From: Deinococcus sp.
Lineage (GTDB): Bacteria > Deinococcota > Deinococci > Deinococcales > Deinococcaceae
Reading direction: 5' to 3'
Assembly (NCBI GenBank): GCA_965261005.1
Contig: OZ253375.1
Span: 1,600,001 to 1,664,000, forward strand
DNA length: 64,000 nt
Part shown: positions 52,912 through 62,746 of the stretch, one piece after another
Layout of the letters: every line of letters starts with the position of its first letter
How positions within the stretch are numbered: position 1 is the first letter of the stretch
The notes under the pieces: model-generated
What the model was told of the DNA's origin: nothing
Database searches by the model: none
Seen by the model: the letters and a program-made list of their open reading frames with translations, nothing else
Program-made: the position numbers and the translations under genes

Positions 52912-54999
52912 ATGCAGCCCTCGGAAGTGCAGCCGCTGGAGCTGTGGGCCGGCGTGGAGGCCACGGTCAACCGCGTCGGCGAGACGTATCAAGACCAGCT
53001 GGCCCTCAGCGGCTTCGGGCGCCGCCTCGGCGACCTCAACTTGCTGGCCTCGCTGGGGGCGCGGCGGCTGCGCTTTCCGGCGCTGTGGGAGCGCGCCGCG
53101 CCTGACCGGGAAGGCGCCTTCGATTGGCGCTGGCTGGACACTTGGCTCGGCCGGGCGCGCGTTCTCGGGCTGGCCCCCATCGCGGGCCTGCTGCACCACG
53201 GCAGCGGCCCCAGCTACACCGACCTGCTCGACCCCGACTTTCCGGAGAAGCTGGCCCGCTACGCCCGCGCGGTCGCGCAGCGCTACCCGTGGATCGGCGC
53301 CTACACGCCGGTGAACGAGCCGCTCACGACGGCGCGCTTCAGCGCCCTCTACGGCCACTGGTACCCGCACGGGCGGCGCGACGGCAGCTTCGTGCGCGCG
53401 TTGCTGGGCCAGGTGCGCGCGACCGTGCTGGCGATGCGCGCCATTCGCGAGATCAATCCGGGCGCCCAACTGGTGCAGACCGAGGACCTCGGCTTCACCC
53501 ACGCGACGCCCCCCCTGCGCGCCCAAGCGGACTTTGACAACGCGCGCCGCTGGCTGAGCTTCGACCTCCTGACCGGGCGGGTGGACGAGCGGCACGAGCT
53601 GTGGGGCTACCTGCTGTGGGCCGGGGCGGACGAGCGGGAACTGGCCGAACTCGCGCAGGAACCTTGTCCGCCGGGCGTGCTGGGCGTCAATGCCTACGTA
53701 ACCAGCGAGCGCTTTCTTGACGACCGCTTGGAGCGCTACCCGGCGCAGTTGCACGGCGGTAACGGACGCGACGCCTACGTGGACGTGGAGGCGGTGCGGG
53801 TGCTGGGTGCGGGCGTCGGCGGCTTCGGGGCGCGTTTGCGCGAGGCGCACGGGCGCTACCATCTGCCGCTGGCCATCACCGAGGTTCACCTCGGCTGCAC
53901 CCGCGAAGAGCAGCTGCGCTGGTTGTGGGACACCTGGCAAACGGCCCTGGAGGCGCGCGGGGAGGGCGTGGACGTGCGCGCCCTGACGGTCTGGTCGGCC
54001 TTCGGCGCCTACGACTGGAACAGCTTGCTGACCCGCAACAGCGGCCACTACGAGCCGGGTTTGTGGGACGTGCGCGCCCCCGCGCCGCGCCCCACGGCGC
54101 TGGTCACCCTCGCGCGCGAGCTGGCCGCCGGCCAAGCGCCCAGCCACCCGGTCCTGGAGGGGCCGGGTTGGTGGCAGCGTGAACAGCGCTTTTCGTACCC
54201 GCCCGAGGGTGAGGTGCGCGCCCAGCCCGCCTCGGGCCGGCCCCTATTGATCGTGGGCGCGGGCGCGCTGGCCGCCGCCCTGGCGCGCGTCTGCGAGGTG
54301 CGCGGTCTGCCCTACCGCCGGTCGAACGCCCCGTGGGCAGAGCAGGCGCTGGACCAGGGACAACCTTGGGCGATCATCAACGCCGGTTGGGACCGGGCCG
54401 CCCATGAGGGCGCCGCGCAGTTGGCCGCTGCCTGCGCCGGGCGCGGCCTCCCGCTGGTCCACTTTTCGAGCGACGCGGTGTTCGGCGGTGAAAAGAAAAC
54501 GCCCCACGTCGAGAGCGACCCGCCGGACCCGCCGAGCGCCCACGGCCGCGCCCAGCTGGAAGCCGAACGGGCCGCGCTGGCAAGCTGCCCGCAGGCCCTG
54601 GTCGTCCGCACGGCAGCCCCGTTTGGACCTTGGGACGCGGGCGATTTCGTGACGCGCGGGTTGGCGCGGCTGCGCGCGGGACAGCGCTGGGAAGCGCCAA
54701 GCGACCGGGTGGTGTCCCCCACCTACCTGCCAGAACTCGCCCACCACAGCCTCGACCTCTTGATCGACGGCGAGCGGGGCGTGTGGCACCTGGCCCACCC
54801 CGCCGCGCTCAGCTGGGCGGACTTCGCGCGCCTCGCCGCGCGCATGGCGGGCCTGAACGCCAAGCTGGTGACGGACGTCCCCTCCAATCCCGGCTTCAGC
54901 GCCCTCGCCAGCGAGCGCGGCTGGATGATGCCCGGCTTGGAGCAGGCGCTGGAATACTACCTTCACGATGTTCGAGAAGATGCGCGAACCGAGGTCTGA
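52912..54999 (+). CDS. GH1-like glycoside hydrolase fused to RmlD-like SDR domain
   Basis: TPVNEP and ITE catalytic Glu motifs; C-terminal FSSDAVF, SPTY, GVWHL RmlD motifs. Confidence 0.85.
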   Translation: MQPSEVQPLELWAGVEATVNRVGETYQDQLALSGFGRRLGDLNLLASLGARRLRFPALWERAAPDREGAFDWRWLDTWLGRARVLGLAPIAGLLHHGSGPSYTDLLDPDFPEKLARYARAVAQRYPWIGAYTPVNEPLTTARFSALYGHWYPHGRRDGSFVRALLGQVRATVLAMRAIREINPGAQLVQTEDLGFTHATPPLRAQADFDNARRWLSFDLLTGRVDERHELWGYLLWAGADERELAELAQEPCPPGVLGVNAYVTSERFLDDRLERYPAQLHGGNGRDAYVDVEAVRVLGAGVGGFGARLREAHGRYHLPLAITEVHLGCTREEQLRWLWDTWQTALEARGEGVDVRALTVWSAFGAYDWNSLLTRNSGHYEPGLWDVRAPAPRPTALVTLARELAAGQAPSHPVLEGPGWWQREQRFSYPPEGEVRAQPASGRPLLIVGAGALAAALARVCEVRGLPYRRSNAPWAEQALDQGQPWAIINAGWDRAAHEGAAQLAAACAGRGLPLVHFSSDAVFGGEKKTPHVESDPPDPPSAHGRAQLEAERAALASCPQALVVRTAAPFGPWDAGDFVTRGLARLRAGQRWEAPSDRVVSPTYLPELAHHSLDLLIDGERGVWHLAHPAALSWADFARLAARMAGLNAKLVTDVPSNPGFSALASERGWMMPGLEQALEYYLHDVREDARTEV

Positions 55000-55126
55000 T
55001 ACGGGATTGCTTTGATTCCAAGCCATGTTGGGAAAACACCAACATAGCTTTCCATCGTCGCCATCCCATACTTGCTTCTACTCGCTCCGCTCGGATTCGT
55101 CTTCGACTCATCTTAAGTTCTTATGA
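54997..55126 (+). repeat. 130-bp SNR-like structured repeat (copy B)
   Basis: TGATACGGGATTGC left end; hairpin AAGCCATGTTGG..CCAACATAGCTT; TCCAT; core CTACTCGCTCCGCTCGG; TATGA right end. Confidence 0.7.
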
Positions 55127-55135
55127 AGCTCGAAC

Positions 55136-55855
55136 GTGCTAAACAGAAGCGTGGAGCGCGCCCCCATCGTCTTCGTCCACGCCAGCCGCTTGAGCCGCCA
55201 GATGTGGGCGCCGCAGCTCTCGGGTTTGGCCGGGGAATTCCAGCTGATCGCCCCCGACTTGCCGGGGCACGGTACGTTGGCGCGCGAGCGCTTCAGCCTA
55301 GACGCGGCGGTGGACCAGCTCTCGGGGGTGATCCGGGAGGCGGGCGGGCCGGCGACGGTGGTCGGGCTATCCCTCGGCGGCTACCTGGCGCTGGAACTCG
55401 CCAGCCGCCACCCGGAACTGGTGCGGGGCCTGCTGCTGGCCTCGTGCAGCGCCGAGCCGCGCTATCCCCTCAGCGCGCCGTACCTGTGGAGCGCCCACGC
55501 CACGGCCAAGCTGTACCGCCCGCTGGTCTCGCGCGTGAGCGCCGCCTTTCGCCGCGCCTCGCTGGGGGGCGAGGTGGCGGACCCACAGCTGGCGGCCGGC
55601 GTGTACTGGGACGCCTTTCCCGACGTGCTGCGCGCCGTCTTGCCACAGAGGTGGCTGCCCAAGGTACGCTCTCTCGCGTGCCCCACCCTGTTTGTCAACG
55701 GCGCCCGCGACCACGTCTTCCGCCTGGAAGAGCGCCGCTTCGTGCGGGCGGCCCCACACGGCGAACTGAGGGTAGTCGCGGGCGCGGGCCATTTGGTCAA
55801 CCTGGAGCGGCCCGAGGTGTTCACGCGGCTGGTGCGGGACGTCGCCGGGCGCTGA
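55136..55855 (+). CDS. Alpha/beta hydrolase
   Basis: PDLPGHG, GLSLGG nucleophile elbow, NGARD, GAGHLVN. Confidence 0.9.
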   Translation: MLNRSVERAPIVFVHASRLSRQMWAPQLSGLAGEFQLIAPDLPGHGTLARERFSLDAAVDQLSGVIREAGGPATVVGLSLGGYLALELASRHPELVRGLLLASCSAEPRYPLSAPYLWSAHATAKLYRPLVSRVSAAFRRASLGGEVADPQLAAGVYWDAFPDVLRAVLPQRWLPKVRSLACPTLFVNGARDHVFRLEERRFVRAAPHGELRVVAGAGHLVNLERPEVFTRLVRDVAGR

Positions 55856-55877
55856 ACGGGCACAACAGCACGGCCCG

Positions 55878-56016
55878 TCATACGGATTCCGCTTCCTTCC
55901 GTACAGTCGAGAACAGCACTCGCCTGTACTCCATACCGCGAAACCCGTATGTTTTTCTTACTCGCGCCGCTCGAAAAATTTCCGATGAGGTTCGGAAATT
56001 TTCGGAGTCCGTATCA
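55878..56016 (+). repeat. 139-bp SNR-like structured repeat (copy C)
   Basis: Inverted termini TCATACGGATTCCG / CGGAGTCCGTATCA (12/14); two hairpins; core TTACTCGCGCCGCTCG. Confidence 0.8.
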
Positions 56017-56083
56017 GATGACGCCCCACCTGCACCGCAAGGGCTTGTCGTTCGCCCGCCGCGAGCCGACCTGTGTGCAGCGA

Positions 56084-56680
56084 TCACCCTGATGGAAGGC
56101 GCAGACCGGCGATGAGCCGCTTGACCATCCGGCGGGCATCGTAACGGGGATCGGGGCCTGCGCCAATACAGAGATTGCCGACCCCGTACATCAGTTCAAA
56201 AGCCCCCACATCCGGCTGAATTTCGCCAGCCTTCACAGCGGCGCTGATGATCTCGGCGCAGACGGGCAAAAGCTTGTCTAAAAAAGACACCTGCAAGCTG
56301 GCGAAGCTGGGCTTGTCGGACTGCATCGCGGCGGCCAGACCGTGCTTGGTGACCAGAAAATCCACGAATAGGTCTATCCAGCTACCGAGAGCGACGTAAG
56401 GACTGGAACTGCTCGCCAGCAGCGCTGGGCCAGCCTGGGCGCAGACCTCCACCTGATGGCGGTAGACCGCTCCAATCAGGTCGGCGCGGGTGGGAAAGTG
56501 GCGATAAATCGTCGCGGTGCCCACCCCAGCTTGAGCCGCGATGTCACGGATCGGCACATTGACTCCAGTCGTCACGAACAATGCGGCGGCAGCGTCGAGG
56601 AGGGCCTGTTCATTGAGTCGGGCATCCGCCCGTTTCGGGCGGGTGGACGGTTTCGTGTGTTCGTCATCAGTACTCACCAA
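56084..56680 (-). CDS. TetR-family regulator
   Basis: RADARLN..ALLDAA...IRDIAAQAGVGTATIYRHFPTR; GGAGG 7 nt before TTG. Confidence 0.9.
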   Translation of the reverse strand: MVSTDDEHTKPSTRPKRADARLNEQALLDAAAALFVTTGVNVPIRDIAAQAGVGTATIYRHFPTRADLIGAVYRHQVEVCAQAGPALLASSSSPYVALGSWIDLFVDFLVTKHGLAAAMQSDKPSFASLQVSFLDKLLPVCAEIISAAVKAGEIQPDVGAFELMYGVGNLCIGAGPDPRYDARRMVKRLIAGLRLPSG

Positions 56681-56702
56681 TTCACGGCCTCCACTGCTGA
56701 GC

Positions 56703-56751
56703 TTGACAAACGGGACGCTGTCCCATATATTTCCGGGACAGCGTCCCGTTT
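56703..56751 (+). promoter_or_regulatory. Promoter with double TetR operator
   Basis: TTGACA(56703)-N17-TATATT; perfect 17-bp IR AAACGGGACGCTGTCCC-N10-GGGACAGCGTCCCGTTT. Confidence 0.8.
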
Positions 56752-56811
56752 GAACAGTGTACCGCAACGAACGTTCGACAACTCCTCCAATTGCGAAAGG
56801 AAGTTCAGGCC

Positions 56812-57759
56812 ATGACCCAGACTACTCCGCAGGCGCTCGATCCCGTTTTGAGCGCCCCCACGCCCATCATCTCGATCAAGCCGGTCGTCCTGTCCGCCCC
56901 AGGCCGGGGCGAGGACCTCCAGGTGCGGGTATCCGCGCCCGCCACGGGCGAGGGCCTGCCCGTCATCATCTTTTCACACGGCTTCAGCTTGTCCGCAGAC
57001 GCTTACGCCCCCCTGGTCGACTTCTGGGCCGCCCACGGCTTCGTCGTCATGCAGCCCACCCACCTGGATTCACGCACGCTGGCCCTGCCCCCCGAGGACC
57101 CCCGCACGCCGCAGATCTGGCATTCCCGGATTGACGACCTGCGCCGCGTCCTTGACCACCTCGACCAGCTTGAGATGGCCCTGCCGGGGCTGAGCGGTCG
57201 CCTGGACCCCCGCCGCATCGCGGCGGCAGGACACTCCTGGGGCGGCACGACGGCCAGCGCCCTGCTCGGCGCCCGCGTCCTTGACGCCGACGGCGGGTCA
57301 GGAGCGGACCTCTCCGACTCCAGAATCACCGCCGGTCTGCTGCTGTCCACGCCGGGTGTCGGCGGAGCCGAGTTGCTCCCCTTCGCCGCCGACGCCTTCC
57401 CGTTCATGAGGTACCCGGGCTTCGCGGAGATGACCACGCCGACCCTCGTCGTCGCGGGTGACCATGACCAGTCGCCGCTGTCCACCCGTGGGCCGGACTG
57501 GTTCACCGACCCCTACCGCCTGAGTCCCGGCCCCAAGAGCCTGCTCACGCTGTTCGGGGCAGAACACGGTCTGGGCGGCATCCACGGCTACAACCAGGCC
57601 GACACCACCGACGAGAGTCCCGAGCGGGTCGCGCTGCTCCAGCGGCTCACCTGGGCCTACCTGCGTAGCGCGCTGGGTCCCACAGACAAGAGTTGGACGG
57701 ACGCTCGCGCCGCCCTGGACGAGGGGGCCAATCCGATCGGCCGGATCGAGAGCAAGTAA
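56812..57759 (+). CDS. Alpha/beta hydrolase (chlorophyllase/dienelactone hydrolase-like)
   Basis: PVIIFSHG, GHSWGG, VVAGDHD, AEH. Confidence 0.88.
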   Translation: MTQTTPQALDPVLSAPTPIISIKPVVLSAPGRGEDLQVRVSAPATGEGLPVIIFSHGFSLSADAYAPLVDFWAAHGFVVMQPTHLDSRTLALPPEDPRTPQIWHSRIDDLRRVLDHLDQLEMALPGLSGRLDPRRIAAAGHSWGGTTASALLGARVLDADGGSGADLSDSRITAGLLLSTPGVGGAELLPFAADAFPFMRYPGFAEMTTPTLVVAGDHDQSPLSTRGPDWFTDPYRLSPGPKSLLTLFGAEHGLGGIHGYNQADTTDESPERVALLQRLTWAYLRSALGPTDKSWTDARAALDEGANPIGRIESK

Positions 57760-57850
57760 TTGCTTGGCGCTGGCTCACCCTATGGATCGGGCGCGGCTGA
57801 CGATCAAGCCGCTCCCCCGCTCACTTACCCAATTTCCTGTGGAGAACACC

Positions 57851-58588
57851 ATGAAAACAGTCCTGATCACCGGAGCCAACAAGAGCATCGGCTTCGAGAC
57901 CGCCCGACAACTGCTGCAACAGGGATACTACGTTTATCTGGGTAGCCGTAATCTGGAAAACGGCCAACAAGCCGTGGATAACTTGAAGGCCGAAGGCCTG
58001 GACCAAGTGGAGGCCGTCCAGATCGATGTGAGCGATTCGGATTCAGTTAACGCCGCCCGCGCAGCACTGGGCAAAAAGCTTGAGAGCCTGGACGTCCTCA
58101 TTAACAACGCTGGCATTAGCGGTGGCAGGCCGCAGGCAGCTCTTGAAGCGAGCATCGAGCAGTACAGAAAGGTATTCGAAACCAATGTCTTCGGCGTCGT
58201 TCGTGTCACCCAGGCGTTTATCGATCTGCTGCGGAAGGCACCTGAACCGCGCATCGTCAATGTCTCTTCCAGTCAGGGTTCGCTCACGCTGGCCGCCGAC
58301 CCCGGCAATATGTATTACCACCATAAGGGCGCGGTCTATCAGCCCTCCAAATCGGCGCTGAACATGTACACCATAGCCCTGGCCTACGAACTGCGCGACA
58401 CGCCCATAAAAGTCAACGCGGTCGATCCCGGCTTCGTCGCCACCGATTTCAACAACCACCGGGGAACCGGAACGGTGCAAGAAGCCGGGGCGCGTATCGC
58501 CAGGTACGCCCTGATCGGCTCGGGCGGCCCCACCGGACAATTCTTCAGCGAGGAGTACAACCCGGAAACCGGCGCTGTGCCTTGGTAA
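57851..58588 (+). CDS. SDR oxidoreductase (carbonyl reductase-like)
   Basis: VLITGANKSIG, INNAG, YQPSK, VDPGFVATD. Confidence 0.92.
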   Translation: MKTVLITGANKSIGFETARQLLQQGYYVYLGSRNLENGQQAVDNLKAEGLDQVEAVQIDVSDSDSVNAARAALGKKLESLDVLINNAGISGGRPQAALEASIEQYRKVFETNVFGVVRVTQAFIDLLRKAPEPRIVNVSSSQGSLTLAADPGNMYYHHKGAVYQPSKSALNMYTIALAYELRDTPIKVNAVDPGFVATDFNNHRGTGTVQEAGARIARYALIGSGGPTGQFFSEEYNPETGAVPW

Positions 58589-58659
58589 AGCGGCACTCGA
58601 CAAACCCCATCACGAAACTGAATGGAGTCAAACAGCATCAGCAAGGAGCGCGTGACACC

Positions 58660-59634
58660 ATGACCCATAAGCAACATCCCCTTCACACTGGATTTCCCGC
58701 CGCAGCGACAGCTGACGAGGTGCTCGCAGGCATTGATCTGTCCGGCAAGAATGTTATCGTCACCGGCGGCCACGCCGGAATCGGTCTGGAAACCACCCGC
58801 GCGCTCAGCAAAGCGGGGGCCTCTGTGACGGTAGCGGCACGCAACCCCGATCAGGCCGCCCTGGCGCTGGCCGGAATGGAGCGGGCCCAAGTCAGCCAGT
58901 TGGATCTCCTCGATCCTCAGTCCATCGATGCCTTCGTCGCCCGCTGGCTGGATTCGGGCCGTCCGCTCCACATCCTGATCAACGGCGCGGGGGCTTCCGG
59001 TGGGCCAGCTCGGGATGCACGCGGCTATGAGAAGCACTTTGCGACCAACCATCTGGGTCATTTCCAGCTCACCTTGGGTCTGCTGCCCGCCCTGCGCGCC
59101 GCCCACGGTGCCCGCGTGGTGAACGTGTCGTCGGGCGCTCAGCGGTTCGCCGACATCCAGTGGGATGACCCGAATTTCACGGACGGGCGCAACCTCAACT
59201 TGGCCTACGCCCAGTCCAAGACCGCCAATGTGCTGTTTGCCGTCGAACTGGATCGCCGCTGGGCAACGGACGGGATACGTGGCTACGCCGTGCATCCCGG
59301 TGTGGTCGCTGGCACAAAACTGAACAGTTCCGTGGGTGACGAGGCGCTGCGGAACATGGGCCTGATCGACGAGGCTGGTCAGCCGATTATCGATCCTGAA
59401 GTCGGGAAGAAAACGCCCCAGCAGGGAGCCAGCACCATCGTCTTCGCGGCGACCAGTCCGCTCCTTGCCGAGATCGGCGGCGTGTATCTGAGGGACAACG
59501 ACATCTCGCCACTAGATGACGAAGTCAAGCCCGTCACGGCCCAAAACATTCCATCCAACGTCGCGTCACACTCCATCGATCCGCAGTCCGCCCAGCGACT
59601 CTGGCAGCTCAGTGAGCAGCTCCTCAAGGCATAA
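58660..59634 (+). CDS. SDR oxidoreductase (retinol dehydrogenase/WWOX-like)
   Basis: IVTGGHAGIG, FATNHLGHF, YAQSK, AVHPG. Confidence 0.92.
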   Translation: MTHKQHPLHTGFPAAATADEVLAGIDLSGKNVIVTGGHAGIGLETTRALSKAGASVTVAARNPDQAALALAGMERAQVSQLDLLDPQSIDAFVARWLDSGRPLHILINGAGASGGPARDARGYEKHFATNHLGHFQLTLGLLPALRAAHGARVVNVSSGAQRFADIQWDDPNFTDGRNLNLAYAQSKTANVLFAVELDRRWATDGIRGYAVHPGVVAGTKLNSSVGDEALRNMGLIDEAGQPIIDPEVGKKTPQQGASTIVFAATSPLLAEIGGVYLRDNDISPLDDEVKPVTAQNIPSNVASHSIDPQSAQRLWQLSEQLLKA

Positions 59635-59793
59635 CCCTCAGTACCAGACCAGTTATCCCATAGCGCTTGACATACCAAGTTCGGCTACTGAGGCCGCGCA
59701 GACTCCAGCACCACAGCAGCAAGCCGTATCAAAGGACGTTCGCGAGCGACGTCCGGGCCTCAAGCGTCATGGTGCGGCCATGCTAACGGACCT

Positions 59794-60486
59794 TTATGGA
59801 TTCTCCACAAAGCTGGACTTGAGTCCCTCGGGCCGCTCCGGCTTGTTGAGGGCGTCGCCGCCGTGATGGTCGTTGACCGCCCAGGCGTGCAAGTCGGCGC
59901 GTGGGGGTCGCAGGCCGTGAATGGTCAGGTGGCCGTACCCGCCCAGGGGCAGATAGGTGCGTAGGTGCGGCCGGTGCGCTTCGGGGCTGAGGACCGGCAG
60001 CACGCTTTGGTAGAGGCCGCTGTGCCCGACCAGCACGACGGTCTGCCCCTCACGGCCCGAGAGCGCCTCTTCGAGAGCCGCCAAAGCGCGCTCCACCGCC
60101 TCCAGGTAATTCTCGCCGCCGGGGTAGCGCGTCTCCGGCCGGCCCGCGACCCAGGCGGCCACAACCTCGTTGTCCTTTGCCCAGCGCTCCGCCAAAGTGT
60201 AGGGCGCGGCCGGGTCTTCGAGTTCGCCGACGTTGATCTCGCGCAGGCCCTCCAACGTCTGAACGGGCAGGCCGTGCGCGTCCGCGATGGCCCGCGCCGT
60301 CTGCTGAGCGCGCCTGAGTGGGCTGGCGTACACCGCGTCCACCGGCTTACCCCGGAAGAATTCGGCGGTCTGCGCCGCCTGCAAGCGCCCGCGTTCCGTA
60401 AGATCGTAGTCCACCAGCTTGTGGGACATCTCGCGGGTGACGTTGGCGACGTTCTCGCCGTGCCGCACCAGATAAACAACGGTCAT
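59794..60486 (-). CDS. Histidine phosphatase (phosphoglycerate mutase) family protein
   Basis: YLVRHGE, SPLRRAQQTA, LREINVG, LVGHSG. Confidence 0.92.
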   Translation of the reverse strand: MTVVYLVRHGENVANVTREMSHKLVDYDLTERGRLQAAQTAEFFRGKPVDAVYASPLRRAQQTARAIADAHGLPVQTLEGLREINVGELEDPAAPYTLAERWAKDNEVVAAWVAGRPETRYPGGENYLEAVERALAALEEALSGREGQTVVLVGHSGLYQSVLPVLSPEAHRPHLRTYLPLGGYGHLTIHGLRPPRADLHAWAVNDHHGGDALNKPERPEGLKSSFVENP

Positions 60487-60510
60487 GTCGGCCCAGTGTA
60501 GCCCGCCGGG

Positions 60511-62280
60511 CTACTCGCTCGCCCCCGCCCCTTCCGACACGCCGACCTGCACCTTCTTTTGCCTGAGCTTGTCTTGCCAGCGCTGGTACTCGGCGCGCTC
60601 GCCGGCGGGGGTGATGGGGCCGTCCAGGCTGATGTTGTTGGTGCAGGCGCTCGTCCCGTCGGCCTTTTTGGCGCAGTCGGGTAAGAAGGTGTCGGAGCGC
60701 TCGCGCTTGCCGTCGCGCAGGCGCCACAAGGCGATCACGTTGTCGTAGGCGGCGTTGTCGTAAAAGCGCCCGCCCCTGGGATTGCCGTTCCATACGTACA
60801 CGCCCGCCGCGTGGCCCACGCCGACGCTGCGGCCGTCGCCAAGCCGGCCGCTCGACACCACGCGGTTGCCGTAGGCTTTCAGGTCGTGGCCGCCGTAGAT
60901 GGCGAGGCCGTAGTTGGCGGTGCTGACCACCTGGTTGTCGTGGGCGGTCACCCAGGCCGGCTGAAGCGCCTCGTCGCCGCCGGTGCCGAGGTTGTCCCCC
61001 AGCATGATGCCGCCGCCGGTGTAGTCGCGCCCTTGCGGCCTGGCCGGGTAGGCGCCCTGAATGTAGTTGTCGTGAATGTTAATGGGGCTGCCCTGGGTGC
61101 CGCTGGAGACGTAAACGCTGATGTTGTCCTCGACCATGCTTCTGTCGGGCGCGTTGATCACCTGGTTCCAAGCGACCTCGACGTTGGGCACGCCGGTGAC
61201 ATAGTCGAGTTGCAGAAACTGTGCCCAGTCCCAGCCCTGGCCGAGGGCGCCGGACAGCAGGTAGCCGTTCTTGCCGTCGCTGGCGCGGCCGTTGATGTTC
61301 TCGGCCTTGTTGTAGCGCACCCGAATGGTCGGCTGAGCGCCGTCCCGGCTGCCCGTGAAGGTCTTGACGCTGACGCCCCGGGTATTGGTCAGCTCGTTGT
61401 GCTCGACCACCAAGCTGTCCACGCCCTCCGCCAGCAAAAAGCGCCCCGGCGTCTTGCCCCGCACGCCCGGGTTCAGGCCGTAGGCGCGAACCCCACGCAG
61501 CGTCAGCTTCAAATGTCCGGCGTTGCCGAGAATGAGGTGCCCCTTGCCGCGAACGTTGGCATTCTGGATGACCACCGGCTCGGCGGTATTGATGGTCACG
61601 GCGGGAACACCTGGGTCCAGGCTCTGCCAATTGCCGCTGTAGGTGCCGCCGCGGGTGATGGTCAGCGGGCCGTCATAGCGCGCCACGTCCGCCCGGACGA
61701 GCTGCCACCTCCCGGCGCAGCTTTCCCCGTCGGGCGCGAGCCGCACGGCCGCGCCGTCTCGTACCGCCGCGCCGTCTTTGCCCACGCTCCCCGCCTGCAC
61801 GGCCAGCACCGAGCCGGGCGCCGCCTTGCTCTCGAACTTGAAGAGGCCCTCCCCCACCTCGCTGCGCCGCCACAGCTGGCCGTCGCCCCCGTTCCACTCG
61901 CCCTGGACGACGGCGCCCCCGGACCCGGCGGGCGGGCGCACCTCCAGCACCTGGCCGGAGTGCTGCGCGGTCAGCTTCTCGAAGCCGTCCGGCTGTGGGT
62001 CCATCCTCCAGTGCTGGTTGGCGCCGCCGGTGCCCGACCATTGCTGCACCGGGGCGCCAGCTTGTTGGCTGTTCCCCTGCACGTCCAGCACCCCGCCGCC
62101 ACAGGCGCTGAGCAGGGTGTAGAGGTCGGCGGGCGAAAACGTCTGCGCCCCCACGGCCAGAGTTTCCTCGGGCGGGCCGGCCTCGGCGGCGACGGCCGTG
62201 ACCGACGGCGCGCAGGCCGCGAGCAGCGCGCCCATTCCCACAAGCAAAGAGGGCATCAACAGGTGGGCGGGACGGGTCAT
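60511..62280 (-). CDS. Lipoprotein: ricin B lectin plus right-handed beta-helix domain
   Basis: Lipobox LLAAC; QxW repeats; Asn-ladder repeats (HDNYIQG, HDNQVV, YGNRVV, YDNVIA). Confidence 0.82.
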   Translation of the reverse strand: MTRPAHLLMPSLLVGMGALLAACAPSVTAVAAEAGPPEETLAVGAQTFSPADLYTLLSACGGGVLDVQGNSQQAGAPVQQWSGTGGANQHWRMDPQPDGFEKLTAQHSGQVLEVRPPAGSGGAVVQGEWNGGDGQLWRRSEVGEGLFKFESKAAPGSVLAVQAGSVGKDGAAVRDGAAVRLAPDGESCAGRWQLVRADVARYDGPLTITRGGTYSGNWQSLDPGVPAVTINTAEPVVIQNANVRGKGHLILGNAGHLKLTLRGVRAYGLNPGVRGKTPGRFLLAEGVDSLVVEHNELTNTRGVSVKTFTGSRDGAQPTIRVRYNKAENINGRASDGKNGYLLSGALGQGWDWAQFLQLDYVTGVPNVEVAWNQVINAPDRSMVEDNISVYVSSGTQGSPINIHDNYIQGAYPARPQGRDYTGGGIMLGDNLGTGGDEALQPAWVTAHDNQVVSTANYGLAIYGGHDLKAYGNRVVSSGRLGDGRSVGVGHAAGVYVWNGNPRGGRFYDNAAYDNVIALWRLRDGKRERSDTFLPDCAKKADGTSACTNNISLDGPITPAGERAEYQRWQDKLRQKKVQVGVSEGAGASE

Positions 62281-62325
62281 GCGGTCAGTATGCCGGGGAG
62301 AAATGATAGGACGCCACGCCCCCGC

Positions 62326-62655
62326 TCACCCTTGTGAACGGGCTGGGGAAGTCGCGTCAAGCTTCGGGGACGGAGCGCCACCGCTTCGGCGGCCCGCCGT
62401 TTTGAGGCGGGCGAACAGCGCGAACCCAGAAGCGCGACGCTCGGGCGCGGTCACCTCAGGCGGGCGCCAACCGCGCGGCGCGAAGCAAAGCAGGAGTTCG
62501 AGCGCCGCCGTGGAGCCGCCGGCCGCCACACCGGCCGCCCGAAACAGCTCGTCAAAGGTGTTCGGGGACAGTTGGCCCGTTTCGTAGGCGTGTGCCGCCC
62601 GATCTGCCAAAAGTTCGAGAAGGCGCCAGTCCGGCTCAGGTGTGATATTTTTCAT
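62326..62655 (-). CDS. Hypothetical protein
   Basis: ATG after AT-rich promoter-like region; fills gap between same-strand genes. Confidence 0.5.
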   Translation of the reverse strand: MKNITPEPDWRLLELLADRAAHAYETGQLSPNTFDELFRAAGVAAGGSTAALELLLCFAPRGWRPPEVTAPERRASGFALFARLKTAGRRSGGAPSPKLDATSPARSQG

Positions 62656-62746
62656 CTCAAGCTCAAGCTTAGTACATAAACCTTTTAATTTGTACACATT
62701 TGACTTGCTGGGGGAGGATCCTGGGGAAAAAGCATCTTCGGAAAGA

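Noticed and set aside
59669..59731. Possible degenerate fourth SNR (CATACCAAGTTCGG...GCCGTATCA)
   Set aside because: Lacks the conserved core and hairpins; similarity limited to a few terminal bases
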